The translations under genes and the position numbers were made by a program. The notes under the pieces were generated by a model that saw only the letters and a program-made list of their open reading frames with translations, made no database searches and had not been told where the DNA came from. This document shows positions 39,976 through 50,004 of a DNA stretch of 64,000 nt, in pieces (the stretch's first letter is position 1; each line of letters starts with the position of its first letter). This DNA is from Spirochaetales bacterium (GTDB lineage Bacteria; Spirochaetota; Spirochaetia; DSM-2461): NCBI GenBank assembly GCA_003247135.1, contig QKAW01000058.1:1394-65393 (forward strand). The letters are read 5' to 3'.

Positions 39976-40557
39976 ATGATTGAAAAATGGGAGACTTTAG
40001 AGAGAAAAGCCCTGTCTGATTACAGAATTTTTAGGACTTCAAGTGTAATAAGAAAGAGTAGGGAAACGGGTATTAAGGGTGAGTTTTTTCTTGTTACTCC
40101 CCCAAACTGGATTATGGTTATTCCTCTTTTAAAAAATTCTGAAGGTCAGGACTGTTTTTTAATGGTTAAGCAGTACAGGCATGGTAGTGATAGTGTAACT
40201 TTGGAATTTCCTGCAGGGATGGTTGATCCCGGTGAAGTATCTATGGATGCTGTAATTCGTGAACTCTCTGAGGAGACTGGTTATGTTAGTGAAAGTATTG
40301 TAAAGGTTGGGGAGGTTAATCCAAATCCCGCTTTTATGGAGAATAAAACTTCTACCTATGTTGCAAGAGATCTGAAAAAAATTACTGGTCAGAGTCTTGA
40401 TGAGCATGAGGAGATCGAGACTCTGCTTGTTCCTGTAAATGAGTTTGATAAAATGGTTGGCGGCCCAATGGTTAACTCTGCAATTACCCTTCAGGCCTAC
40501 CTTTTCTATTTAAGATCACTCTCTCCAGGCGTTTTTAACTTTGGGGAAGGCTCTTAG
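39976..40557 (+). CDS. NUDIX hydrolase (ADP-ribose pyrophosphatase-like)
   Basis: KQYRHG, EFPAGMVDPGE...RELSEETGY Nudix box, NPNPAF. Confidence 0.9.
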   Translation: MIEKWETLERKALSDYRIFRTSSVIRKSRETGIKGEFFLVTPPNWIMVIPLLKNSEGQDCFLMVKQYRHGSDSVTLEFPAGMVDPGEVSMDAVIRELSEETGYVSESIVKVGEVNPNPAFMENKTSTYVARDLKKITGQSLDEHEEIETLLVPVNEFDKMVGGPMVNSAITLQAYLFYLRSLSPGVFNFGEGS

Positions 40558-43500
40558 GTCTATTAGGGTTGAATCTCCACCATTTATTGTTAACTGGCTG
40601 GAGATTTTTATTACAATTTCTCTTGGTGATCCCTGTTTTTTAATGTGAAAGTACACCTGGCTGTTCCCTTTGTTATCCATTATAAATGTTCGTAAATGTT
40701 CAAGCTCATCATCGGTTAACTCTTCAGGGTGGAATTCAAGATGAATCTCCGGTGCTATTATCTCCTTCAGTTCATCAGGTTCTTTAATTTCTTCTACCTT
40801 AAAGGATGGTTTATCCCTTGAGGTATCTACATATCCTGTTACTCCCAGAATTTTATCAGCCTGAAGCAGATGTCCGTACTGCTCAAATTTTTTGGCAAAA
40901 AGAACAAGTTCTATTGAGCCATTATAATCTTCAAGTTCTGCAAAGGCCATTCTTTTTCCGGATTTAGTTGTAATAGACTTGGGGTTTTTTATCATACCAA
41001 GTATTGAGTATATCTTCTCTCCAGATGCATTCTTTGGATTTAGCAAGTCCAAATTCACTGATCTCTTCCACTGATCCTTATATTTATCCATTGGGTGTCC
41101 GGAGAAGAAAAATCCAATGTTCTCTTTTTCCATTTTTAGTAGTTCAATATCCGGGTACTCTTCCACTTCTTCCCAAATGTAATCCGGAAAGATCTCCTCT
41201 TCCAGATCACCGAAAAGAGAGCCTTGTCCAAATTGAGAACTTTCCTGTTTTTTTTGTGCAATTGCAATTATTTTTTCTGCATTGTGCATAATTGTTGCAC
41301 GGTTATGTCTCTCTATTTTGGAGAATAGACCAGAGGTTACCAATACTTCCAAAACCCTGGAGTTAACAGTTCTAAGCTCAACTTTTTCTATAAAATCCTC
41401 GAAATCTTTAAACTTACCCTTTTTTTCCCTAGCTGTTATTATGGCATCAACTGCTGCGGAACCAATACCCTTCATTCCGGTTAATCCGTAAACAATTTTT
41501 CCATCTACAACAGTAAAATACTTTTCAGAGTCGTTAATATCCGGTGGGGCTAGGTCAATACCCATTTCGCTACACTCTGCCAGATAATCTGCAAATGCAG
41601 TAGGGTTTGAAATTTCATTTGTCAGGTTTGCTGCCATAAATTCTGCAGGGTAGTTGGCTTTACAGTAGGCGGTTTTATAGGCAACAACAGAGTAAGCTGC
41701 GGCGTGGGACTTGTTAAATCCATAACCGGCAAAGGGTACCAGCATATCAAAAATTTCAGAAGCGTGTTCTTCTGTATGGCCGTTCTCCTTAGCTCCTTTA
41801 ATAAACTCGACTTTCATCTTGTCCATCTCGGCAACTTTTTTCTTACCCATGGCACGTCGAAGAATATCTGCTTTTCCAAGACTGAACCCACCTATTATCT
41901 GGGCAACCTTCATTACCTGCTCCTGATATACAATTACACCATAGGTCGGTTTTAGAGTCTCCTCCAGTAATGGATCAGGATATTTTATCTGCATTTTTCC
42001 AAGTTTTGAATCAACAAATTGAGGAATGTACTGCATAGGGCCCGGTCTGTACAGGGCATTAAGAGCGATTAAATCCTCAATATTATCAGGCTTAGCATCC
42101 TTTAGAATTTTTTGCATACCTGCTGATTCAAATTGGAAAACAGCACTACTTTTTCCCTGTTGCAGCATCTGGTATGTTTTAAGATCGTCAATTGGTACTT
42201 CATCTATTTTAAAGTCTGGAGTGTGTTTTTGAACAAGTCTCTCAGTATTAGATAGAAGAGTAAGGGTTTTTAATCCCAAAAAGTCCATTTTTACCAAACC
42301 GCAGGGTTCAATAATATCCATGGTGAATTCACTGGATACAGCTCCGGTTTTTTGATCTTTGTACAGGGGTACATAGTCTGTAAGTTTGGTTTTACCTATA
42401 ACCATACCACAAGCATGGGTTGAAACATGCCGGTTCATACCTTCCAGAATTGAAGCTGTTTCAAAAAGCTCTTTATAAATTCCACCACGATTATAGTACT
42501 CTTTTAACTCTGGGGTTATTTCAAGGGCTACTTCAACATTTATTTTTCTTCCATCAGGAGCTTTTCCTTCCGGCAATAGTTTGGATATTGTGTTAGATTC
42601 AGCAAAGGGTATATCAAGAACCCGGGCTACATCTTTTAAAACTGCCTTTGTCTTTAAAGTTCCAAAAGTACAGATACCACCCACCTGGTCTCTTCCGTAC
42701 TTCTCTGTAACATAGTTAATAACTTCCTGTCTCTTTTCAAAACAGAAGTCAACATCAAAGTCGGGCATTGAAACCCTGTCAGGATTTAAAAAACGCTCAA
42801 AAAGGAGTTCGTATTTTAAAGGATCAATATCTGTTATTCCAATTGCATAGGCAATAATAGAACCAGCACCGGAACCACGACCAGGACCAACCGATATGTG
42901 GTTACGTTTTGCCCAGTCGATGAAGTCCCAAACGATTAAAAAGTAACCTTCAAAACCCATGCCCAAAAGTATACCAAGTTCATATTCGGTTCTCTCTTTT
43001 ACCTCCTGGGTAACTTCCTTATATCTTTTCTTAATCCCTTCCCAGGTTATATAGGTCAGATAGTCTGCCTGATTTTTAAATTCAGAAGGTATCTGGTAAT
43101 CAGGAAGAATAGGCCCGGGTTGTGGAATTGAAACATTACACATATTGGCAATTTTTAAAGTATTTTCTAATGCCTCGGGAACATCCTTAAAAAGTTCATA
43201 CATCTCATCCGGGGATTTGAAATAGAGGTGAGAACCATGCATCTGCATTCTGTTGGATTCAGACTTTTTCTTATTAGTTCCAATGCATATTAGTATATCC
43301 TGGGCATTTGCATGCTCTTTTTTCTGATAATGAATATCATTGGTAGCAACTAGAGGAATTCCTGTTTCAGCAGAGAGTTTTTTCATGCCTTCTATTACTA
43401 CTTTCTCTTCTGGAAGTTCATGATTCATTATTTCAAGGTAGTAACTATCCTCTTCAAAGAGGTTTTTATAATATAAAGCCCGTTCTTTGGCTTTGTCATA

Positions 43501-43950
43501 CTGATTATTTAATAAATGCTGGGAAATTTCACCTGCCAGGCAGGCTGTAGTGCATATTAATCCCTCAGAATACTTTTCCAAAAGTTCATCATCGATTCTT
43601 GGTTTGTAATAAAATCCATCCAGATATGCCTGGGATACCAATGCTGTAAGATTTTTATACCCAGTCTCATTTTTGCAAAGAAGAATCATGTGATAATACT
43701 TTCTTTTTGTTGAATCCTTATCCTGTCTGTGCCCTGGTGCAATGTAAACTTCGCATCCGATTATCGGGTTGATGCCTGCCTTTTTACAAGCCTGTTCAAA
43801 TCTGAGAGAACCAAATAAATTCCCATGATCAGTTATAGCAAGATGTTTCATCTCGTACTTTGTAGCCATCTCAATTAGTCCATTAATTGTAACAGCACCA
43901 TCTAGAAGTGAATAATCTGAATGATTATGAAGATGTACAAATTCTTTCAT
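40516..43950 (-). CDS. dnaE: DNA polymerase III alpha subunit
   Basis: HLHNHSDYSLLDG PHP domain, GPGRGSGAGS, FERFLNPDRVSMPDFDVDF, KMDFLGL, YGFNKSHAAAY. Confidence 0.98.
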   Translation of the reverse strand: MKEFVHLHNHSDYSLLDGAVTINGLIEMATKYEMKHLAITDHGNLFGSLRFEQACKKAGINPIIGCEVYIAPGHRQDKDSTKRKYYHMILLCKNETGYKNLTALVSQAYLDGFYYKPRIDDELLEKYSEGLICTTACLAGEISQHLLNNQYDKAKERALYYKNLFEEDSYYLEIMNHELPEEKVVIEGMKKLSAETGIPLVATNDIHYQKKEHANAQDILICIGTNKKKSESNRMQMHGSHLYFKSPDEMYELFKDVPEALENTLKIANMCNVSIPQPGPILPDYQIPSEFKNQADYLTYITWEGIKKRYKEVTQEVKERTEYELGILLGMGFEGYFLIVWDFIDWAKRNHISVGPGRGSGAGSIIAYAIGITDIDPLKYELLFERFLNPDRVSMPDFDVDFCFEKRQEVINYVTEKYGRDQVGGICTFGTLKTKAVLKDVARVLDIPFAESNTISKLLPEGKAPDGRKINVEVALEITPELKEYYNRGGIYKELFETASILEGMNRHVSTHACGMVIGKTKLTDYVPLYKDQKTGAVSSEFTMDIIEPCGLVKMDFLGLKTLTLLSNTERLVQKHTPDFKIDEVPIDDLKTYQMLQQGKSSAVFQFESAGMQKILKDAKPDNIEDLIALNALYRPGPMQYIPQFVDSKLGKMQIKYPDPLLEETLKPTYGVIVYQEQVMKVAQIIGGFSLGKADILRRAMGKKKVAEMDKMKVEFIKGAKENGHTEEHASEIFDMLVPFAGYGFNKSHAAAYSVVAYKTAYCKANYPAEFMAANLTNEISNPTAFADYLAECSEMGIDLAPPDINDSEKYFTVVDGKIVYGLTGMKGIGSAAVDAIITAREKKGKFKDFEDFIEKVELRTVNSRVLEVLVTSGLFSKIERHNRATIMHNAEKIIAIAQKKQESSQFGQGSLFGDLEEEIFPDYIWEEVEEYPDIELLKMEKENIGFFFSGHPMDKYKDQWKRSVNLDLLNPKNASGEKIYSILGMIKNPKSITTKSGKRMAFAELEDYNGSIELVLFAKKFEQYGHLLQADKILGVTGYVDTSRDKPSFKVEEIKEPDELKEIIAPEIHLEFHPEELTDDELEHLRTFIMDNKGNSQVYFHIKKQGSPREIVIKISSQLTINGGDSTLIDLRAFPKVKNAWRE

Positions 43951-44000
43951 GTAAACTCCTGTATTGGGGAACTTTAACCTATTTATTTTGAAATTTCTAG

Positions 44001-44843
44001 TTAAAAATTGTCCAGAAAGTAAAGTATCATCTGACTCATTCTAAAAATTTCACTATTAGTAAGGTTTGGAATATTCTTCAGTTTTGTTATTATTGAGTGT
44101 AAAAGGGTGTCTCTAAATTTATAACTTACAGGGATATGAGTTCCAATTAACTCAGCTTCTATCTCCTTTGGACGAACAATTTTTCTATTTTCTATTACAA
44201 ATGCCAGGGATATTGATGATATATTACTCTTTTCCAACTCTGCATTGGCCGCAAAAGAAATTTCGCTAAATAGGTTATATTTGTATCCGGATTTTGAATA
44301 GTGACTATAGGTTGAGTGAACTAATGGAATTCTTACTCTGGTTATTAAGTGCAGGGGTTTAGAATCTCTGGTTGTCAGATATTGAGAAATTGACTCCCAT
44401 CTGGGTTTTATTTTTTTTTCAGAAAAGGAGATAATCTCTATTTTAGTATTTAATATAACTAGAATTGATGTTAAGTCAGAAACGATCTTTTTATTAGCTA
44501 TTGTTCCTCCTATTGTTGCCTGATTTCTAACAGGATCAGGAGCCAATGAGAGAAAACAGTTAAGTAGTGTGGAGGGTAGGTTGTTTTTTGATCTTTCAAT
44601 AATCTGGTTAATAGTAAGCATGCTTCCAAATTCAAAATATCTTTCAGTTCTGCTCTCTTTATATAGTTCAACTATATTTTCTAAAACAATTATTGCTCCG
44701 GGAATTACAAGATTCTCTCCATTAATCTCTCTAAATAGAGATGTTCCTCCGGCAAGAATTGTTACTACTTCCTCATTTAAAGCAGTTTTTTTTAGATCGT
44801 TTATAGTATCAGGAGTAAAAAATCTGGTTCCTTTTTTAATCAA
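44001..44843 (-). CDS. Xanthine-dehydrogenase/CoxM-like FAD-binding subunit (divergent)
   Basis: ILAGGTSL, VRNQATIGGTIAN...SDL. Confidence 0.75.
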   Translation of the reverse strand: MIKKGTRFFTPDTINDLKKTALNEEVVTILAGGTSLFREINGENLVIPGAIIVLENIVELYKESRTERYFEFGSMLTINQIIERSKNNLPSTLLNCFLSLAPDPVRNQATIGGTIANKKIVSDLTSILVILNTKIEIISFSEKKIKPRWESISQYLTTRDSKPLHLITRVRIPLVHSTYSHYSKSGYKYNLFSEISFAANAELEKSNISSISLAFVIENRKIVRPKEIEAELIGTHIPVSYKFRDTLLHSIITKLKNIPNLTNSEIFRMSQMILYFLDNF

Positions 44844-45313
44844 AAATGCCCTCCTTCATAGAAATTTGATGATAAATATAGAGCTTCCTTAAGGGCTTTT
44901 GTATCTGTACAATCGCAGGTAACACTCTCAATAATGTTATCAATCATCTCTCCTGTTAACTCCCTGTTTCTTTCTAGATGGTTTAAGGTTAGAAGAATTC
45001 TGGCTGGAGCACAGTTCGGACACAGTTCAACTTCCGCCAACTGAAACCCTTTAGTTATATTTAGGTATTCACTTTTTTGAGTAATTGATTCTAGGGTTGT
45101 AATCCTTTTGTTCTGAGCAATAGAAGCTGGATAAATGCATGAGTAGATAGGCTTGTCATCAATTAGGATAAGACAGAATCCGCACTGCCCAGAACCGCAA
45201 TTATGCTTTACACTTTTTCTGTTTAAAATTTCGCTTAGTAAAACTGACAGCCTGATATTTGCAGGGGCATCAATTTCCACTTCTTTGCCATTTATAATTA
45301 AATTAAATTTCAT
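44840..45313 (-). CDS. Xanthine-dehydrogenase/CoxS-like 2x[2Fe-2S] subunit
   Basis: CX4CX2CX11C (CGSGQCGFC...SC), plus CPNC and CDC. Confidence 0.85.
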   Translation of the reverse strand: MKFNLIINGKEVEIDAPANIRLSVLLSEILNRKSVKHNCGSGQCGFCLILIDDKPIYSCIYPASIAQNKRITTLESITQKSEYLNITKGFQLAEVELCPNCAPARILLTLNHLERNRELTGEMIDNIIESVTCDCTDTKALKEALYLSSNFYEGGHF

Positions 45314-47390
45314 CTATACTAATCTCTCTGAAAATTACATCCTTGCTTATAGGAAATGTATTAATATTTGCTCCAAGAGCCTGATTAATTCCCTGAATAT
45401 AAGCACCAGGTAGAGTGTTTTTTATAAGGGACCCAACACCCTTTGGAGTATTTTTATTTTTTCCGGTTTCAAAAAAACTTATATGAATTTCAGGCTTTTG
45501 ATTATTATTGATATTATTATAGTAATAGTTTAAATCAAATTTACCATTTATTATCTGGGGTTCCGGCTGTTGCAACCATTTTATAGTGCTATTAATCTCT
45601 CTGACAAGTGAATTAATTAGTGATTGTTTGTGGAGAATTTGCCCAACTTCAATCTCAAGCCACACATCTTTAATAATACAGTTTAAACTTTTTTTATCAA
45701 TTTCAACTTCAACAGCACATACTGCGTAGGAGTTGTTTTTGAAAGGACAACCTTTCCAATCTTCCTGATCCCATACAAGTGAGGACTTTTTTCTGGTTGT
45801 TTTTGTCTGTTTAATAGGTAAGGGATCTTTAAACCTTCTTAGTTTTATCTCATCACAGCACTGTCTTATCAACTGAGTAAATATTGAGATATTTACATTC
45901 TCGATATTAGGTCCGGAATCTTCAATCTTTGAACACTCCTCAGTCTCAATAATTATATCCTCACCCTTAATATTTAGTGATTCTGAAATAGTTTTTTCCC
46001 AAATATTCAGCAGTTCCAGATTATTAAGTCTGGTATTAACATAAAGATCAACTTTACCATCTCTGTTTAACTGAACAGTTACTCTGTATGTTGATAGTGA
46101 TTTGCAATTAGTTAAAAATGCATTTCCATTATAACCTATAGATATTCCAATTCCTCTTTTGGGAGAGTGTATTAGCTTTTTCTCTTTTCGTAGAAGAGAG
46201 AGATTAATCGATGAATTTTTTCTGGAAAAATCCGATTTAGCAACAATATTTTTAAGCATCTCTGGAAATGGAAGATCTTTTTTAATAATTGAGAATGTTG
46301 AGTTTCTATAACCTTTCCGAAGCAAATTTTTATCTCTCCAGAGAAATTGATCATCCTTTGACTCTTTTATTATTTTACTAACAAGTAACTCAGCAGCAAA
46401 AAGAGCATCCGGGAGGTATAAACCTTTAGAAATTCCTCCAGGTGGATTGAAGCTTTTTACAGCCTTTACATTTATAGAGATATTTCTGTGTTTGTAATAT
46501 GATGTTAGCCCATGAATTACTCGTAAAACTTTCTCTTTTGCAAATACAGGATAAGCCCCGCAATTAATTTCCCCATCAAGAGTTATACCCTGGAGGACAT
46601 TCTCTTTATCAAAGGCTAATTTCCAGTCAACCTTAAGTCCATACTGTTTTGAGGAGTAAAGATACTGGTCTTCGGGAGTTACTGCATACATAACATTTTT
46701 TTTGAGAATAGATGCTGAAAGGGTTGTAAAAACAGAAGATCGAAAACTGTCTAGAAGGGGGTATTCATCCTCTCCTGTAATAGCTGGATTAACAATTTTT
46801 ATCTTTTCACTTTCAATCATACAAATTGATGACAAATTTTCCTGAAGTAAAGATGGCCAGATATCAGATGAATAAACAATAAAAGACTCAGACTCTCGTT
46901 TTGTAAAGGACCCATGGAGAAATTTGTTTTGTATAACACTATTTGGGGTATTTATTGTTCCTGAAACAGTTTTATAAGGGGTAGCAAAAGCTTCATCATT
47001 ATTCCCCAGAGTTATACTCCTGGAATAAAAAATTTCTTCAGAAGTAGGTAGAGGAGAGTATTCAACTTTAATATTATTGTGAATTTGCAGTAAAGTTTTT
47101 ATTTCGATTCCTACAATTAGAAGTATAGGCTCCCCAATATAATTAACAATCTCATCTGCTAAAAGAGGAATTGATGAATCAAGTATTTTTATTCTATTTC
47201 TACTTTTAAGTTCAGTACCATTAATTATATAATAATTTTCAGGTAATTCAGGAACTGTTATACTTTCAATTTTTCCATGGGAAATTGTAGATCGGTATAA
47301 TAAAATTTTGTAACTTCTTTTTGTTACAGAATCCAGTGGAAGTGTATATTTTCCTGAATATATAAGTTTGGAGAAATCTACTTTATTCAT
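45303..47390 (-). CDS. Xanthine-dehydrogenase/CoxL-like large subunit, degenerate
   Basis: RSTISHGKI, LLADEIVNYIGEPI, CGAY, RGIGISIGY, DSGP, AVEVEID, PKGVG; Moco motifs are eroded. Confidence 0.75.
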   Translation of the reverse strand: MNKVDFSKLIYSGKYTLPLDSVTKRSYKILLYRSTISHGKIESITVPELPENYYIINGTELKSRNRIKILDSSIPLLADEIVNYIGEPILLIVGIEIKTLLQIHNNIKVEYSPLPTSEEIFYSRSITLGNNDEAFATPYKTVSGTINTPNSVIQNKFLHGSFTKRESESFIVYSSDIWPSLLQENLSSICMIESEKIKIVNPAITGEDEYPLLDSFRSSVFTTLSASILKKNVMYAVTPEDQYLYSSKQYGLKVDWKLAFDKENVLQGITLDGEINCGAYPVFAKEKVLRVIHGLTSYYKHRNISINVKAVKSFNPPGGISKGLYLPDALFAAELLVSKIIKESKDDQFLWRDKNLLRKGYRNSTFSIIKKDLPFPEMLKNIVAKSDFSRKNSSINLSLLRKEKKLIHSPKRGIGISIGYNGNAFLTNCKSLSTYRVTVQLNRDGKVDLYVNTRLNNLELLNIWEKTISESLNIKGEDIIIETEECSKIEDSGPNIENVNISIFTQLIRQCCDEIKLRRFKDPLPIKQTKTTRKKSSLVWDQEDWKGCPFKNNSYAVCAVEVEIDKKSLNCIIKDVWLEIEVGQILHKQSLINSLVREINSTIKWLQQPEPQIINGKFDLNYYYNNINNNQKPEIHISFFETGKNKNTPKGVGSLIKNTLPGAYIQGINQALGANINTFPISKDVIFREISIDEI

Positions 47391-47505
47391 ATAGTATAAA
47401 TTACCACTTTAACTATAATCTTTAAATAGTTTAACTGTTTTTTTATAGCTATATCTTTAGAAAAAATATAAATGTTCCGATAAGGAGTAGAGGAGTTTTT
47501 AATCA

Positions 47506-48792
47506 ATGAAAAAACCATTTATTTTTATAGCATTAATTTTATTTTCAATGAGCATCTATTCTCAATCTACATATTCCGGAAACCTCGCTGTTTCTGATGA
47601 TGGATATTTTAGTGATTATTCAGAAAGTGGAGAATTTTACCTTGGGGGTTGTAATGCCTTTCCACTGGGAACTTTTGTTAATGTGAAATTGCCATACTCC
47701 GATGACGCCGTTAATGTAAAGATAGTTTCAAGAATACCAGAGGATGGTATTTTTATTCTAGTTGATAAAAAAGCTGGTGAAAAACTCTTTCTTGAACCTG
47801 AAGATATACTCCCTGTTAGAATACAGGTTATTGATTTTATACCTCCTCCAATATCAAAATCTACTGACCTTGAAGTAGATCCGGAACCGGAAATTAAAGG
47901 CCTTACAGCACTAAGCATTGCTGAGGAGACAATAGCAGATGATGAATCTTTAGTTCCGGAAACTGTTACTGAATCTGATGATGATATTCTAGATGACAGT
48001 TTAATGTTGAATAAAGAAACAGATGATTCCGGTGAAACTATTTCTGATGATGTAAAAGAAGATGAAATAGTAAATGATAAAATTGTTACTCCGGAAGAAG
48101 TGGAAACTGAAATTGAAACAGAAATTGTTAAAGATGAAGAAATTTCAAAACCTTCAATGGATGTTGCAAAACCTATAGAGGATGCTTCTATTAAAGATAG
48201 TACGGAAGTATCAGAAAAACCTGAAATAAAAGATGAGAAGTCTATTGAAACAGAACCTGTATCAGCTAAAATTAGTGCATCTGAAACCGTTACAGAGAAA
48301 GAAGAGCCTAAAAAAGAGTTAAAACTTTACGAAGATAAACTCCCGGTAGAGTCTATGTTTACAGAAATACCTGAAGAACTGGAAAAATCAGCAGCAGAAC
48401 CTGTAAAAAAAGAGGAAGTTAAACCTGCAGAGAGTGGCAGAATCGTAAAGAAAATTTTCTTTTTAGAACCCGCTAATAAAAAACCACCTGTTGGAGGTAT
48501 TCCTGATAGTGAATTAATTCCAGTTACAACAGTTGAAAAAAACAGAATTCTTGAAGACGGTTACTATCTTCAGGTAGGTATATATACAAATTCAGATACA
48601 GTATATCTTGATAGTGATAAATTAGAAGCACTTAACTTTCCATTTATTACAGTAAAGGAAGAAGCTAAACCTAATAGGGAGAGACTTCTTGTTGGACCTG
48701 TTAAAAATGATGAACTTGGAGTAATTATGCTTCAGCTAAAAGGCCGGGGCTTTAAAGATTTTTTTAGATATAAAAAGAAAACGGATAATTAA
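47506..48792 (+). CDS. RlpA-like N-domain + acidic linker + SPOR-domain exported protein
   Basis: Signal peptide; NAFPLGTFVNV...VNVKIV; long E/D/K/T-rich linker; YYLQVGIY...RLLVGP...GFKD. Confidence 0.7.
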   Translation: MKKPFIFIALILFSMSIYSQSTYSGNLAVSDDGYFSDYSESGEFYLGGCNAFPLGTFVNVKLPYSDDAVNVKIVSRIPEDGIFILVDKKAGEKLFLEPEDILPVRIQVIDFIPPPISKSTDLEVDPEPEIKGLTALSIAEETIADDESLVPETVTESDDDILDDSLMLNKETDDSGETISDDVKEDEIVNDKIVTPEEVETEIETEIVKDEEISKPSMDVAKPIEDASIKDSTEVSEKPEIKDEKSIETEPVSAKISASETVTEKEEPKKELKLYEDKLPVESMFTEIPEELEKSAAEPVKKEEVKPAESGRIVKKIFFLEPANKKPPVGGIPDSELIPVTTVEKNRILEDGYYLQVGIYTNSDTVYLDSDKLEALNFPFITVKEEAKPNRERLLVGPVKNDELGVIMLQLKGRGFKDFFRYKKKTDN

Positions 48793-48830
48793 TAATTGCC
48801 TAATAGAATATATCATGTTAAAAGTGAGTC

Positions 48831-49964
48831 ATGGGTTTATTTTTTTTAGTATTTTTCTTAATAATTGGAGCATTGGCAATATTTGTCTATTTTGCAGGAC
48901 ATGGTGAAATATCTATAAATAGTGCGGATTTTGTTGCAAAAGGTAAAGAGGCAGGCTTAACCGGTCCTCAAATAAAAATGCTAAAAAAAACATCAGATAT
49001 ATTGAAACTCGAAAAACCTTTAACACTGTTGGGCACTGTAGATAATATTGATAGTGCTGTATTAGGGCTAAATAAATTATTAAAAGAGTCAAATTATCAG
49101 AACCTTGAAATTATTGATCTGCTGGAAGAACTTCACAAATATCGAAAAAAAATTGAACTTGAAAAAATAGAAAAAAGAAATAATATAACAAATACTAGTG
49201 AAATCCCTGTAAATCAGCTGGTAAAAATAACAATTGGTGCTTTAGAGACACCTATAACAGGGGTCGTTACATCCAATGATTTTAGTTTTCTGACTATAGA
49301 ACTAAAAAAAGAGACAAAGATACGTCCAGGAATAAACTGGAAGGAACCTGTAAATATATATTTCTGGAAGAAAGATGATGCAGGATACTTTTTTGAAGGT
49401 GTTGTTGACAATACTCCAACAAGCAGAACATGGAATATTCAACATACAAATAATTTAATAAGAAGTCAGAAAAGAGAGGACCTCAGGGTTAATGTAGAAA
49501 TAAACTGTTATCTCTACAGGCTTGAAGATATATCCAGAATTAATTCAAATCCAGAAGGTTTTACAGGTATATTTTCTCAGATAAAAAATATTTCAGAAGG
49601 TGGTGCTGCGCTACTGGTTAATGGTCTATTTCCTGTTGGTTCAATAGTAAAAATGGAGTTTAAAATCAAGGAAGAAATAATCGTTCTATGCGCTATTGTA
49701 AAATTTTCCAAATTAAACAGTGCAAATAATATATCCTATTTAAGATTAAAAACTATTGAACCGGGAATAGAGATGTTATCAATTTTAAGACCTTTTATAT
49801 TCCTTAAAAGCCGAGAATTATATCAAAGAAAATCTAATAAAAATCACAAAGCTGTTGAAAATAAACCAGAAATAAACAACAATGATTCTATGGAAGAGAG
49901 AGATTCTGAAGAGGAACCTGAAGAAGTTGAATATCTTCCAGAGAAAGACGGTGTTTTAAACTAA
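48831..49964 (+). CDS. Membrane-anchored PilZ-domain (c-di-GMP-binding, flagellar-brake-like) protein
   Basis: N-terminal TM; YFWKKDDAGYFF; QKREDLR (RxxxR) and NISEGG (D/NxSxxG). Confidence 0.85.
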   Translation: MGLFFLVFFLIIGALAIFVYFAGHGEISINSADFVAKGKEAGLTGPQIKMLKKTSDILKLEKPLTLLGTVDNIDSAVLGLNKLLKESNYQNLEIIDLLEELHKYRKKIELEKIEKRNNITNTSEIPVNQLVKITIGALETPITGVVTSNDFSFLTIELKKETKIRPGINWKEPVNIYFWKKDDAGYFFEGVVDNTPTSRTWNIQHTNNLIRSQKREDLRVNVEINCYLYRLEDISRINSNPEGFTGIFSQIKNISEGGAALLVNGLFPVGSIVKMEFKIKEEIIVLCAIVKFSKLNSANNISYLRLKTIEPGIEMLSILRPFIFLKSRELYQRKSNKNHKAVENKPEINNNDSMEERDSEEEPEEVEYLPEKDGVLN

Positions 49965-50004
49965 CACTTAAAAAACTAATTAAAACATAATGAGGTGATT
50001 AAAA

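Noticed and set aside
31401-43950. Inteins or introns in polA and dnaE
   Set aside because: Lengths (892 and 1144 aa) and motif spacing are normal; no intein signatures seen
47860-48450. Acidic low-complexity stretch as a tandem DNA repeat
   Set aside because: Compositional bias of a disordered linker; no exact repeating unit
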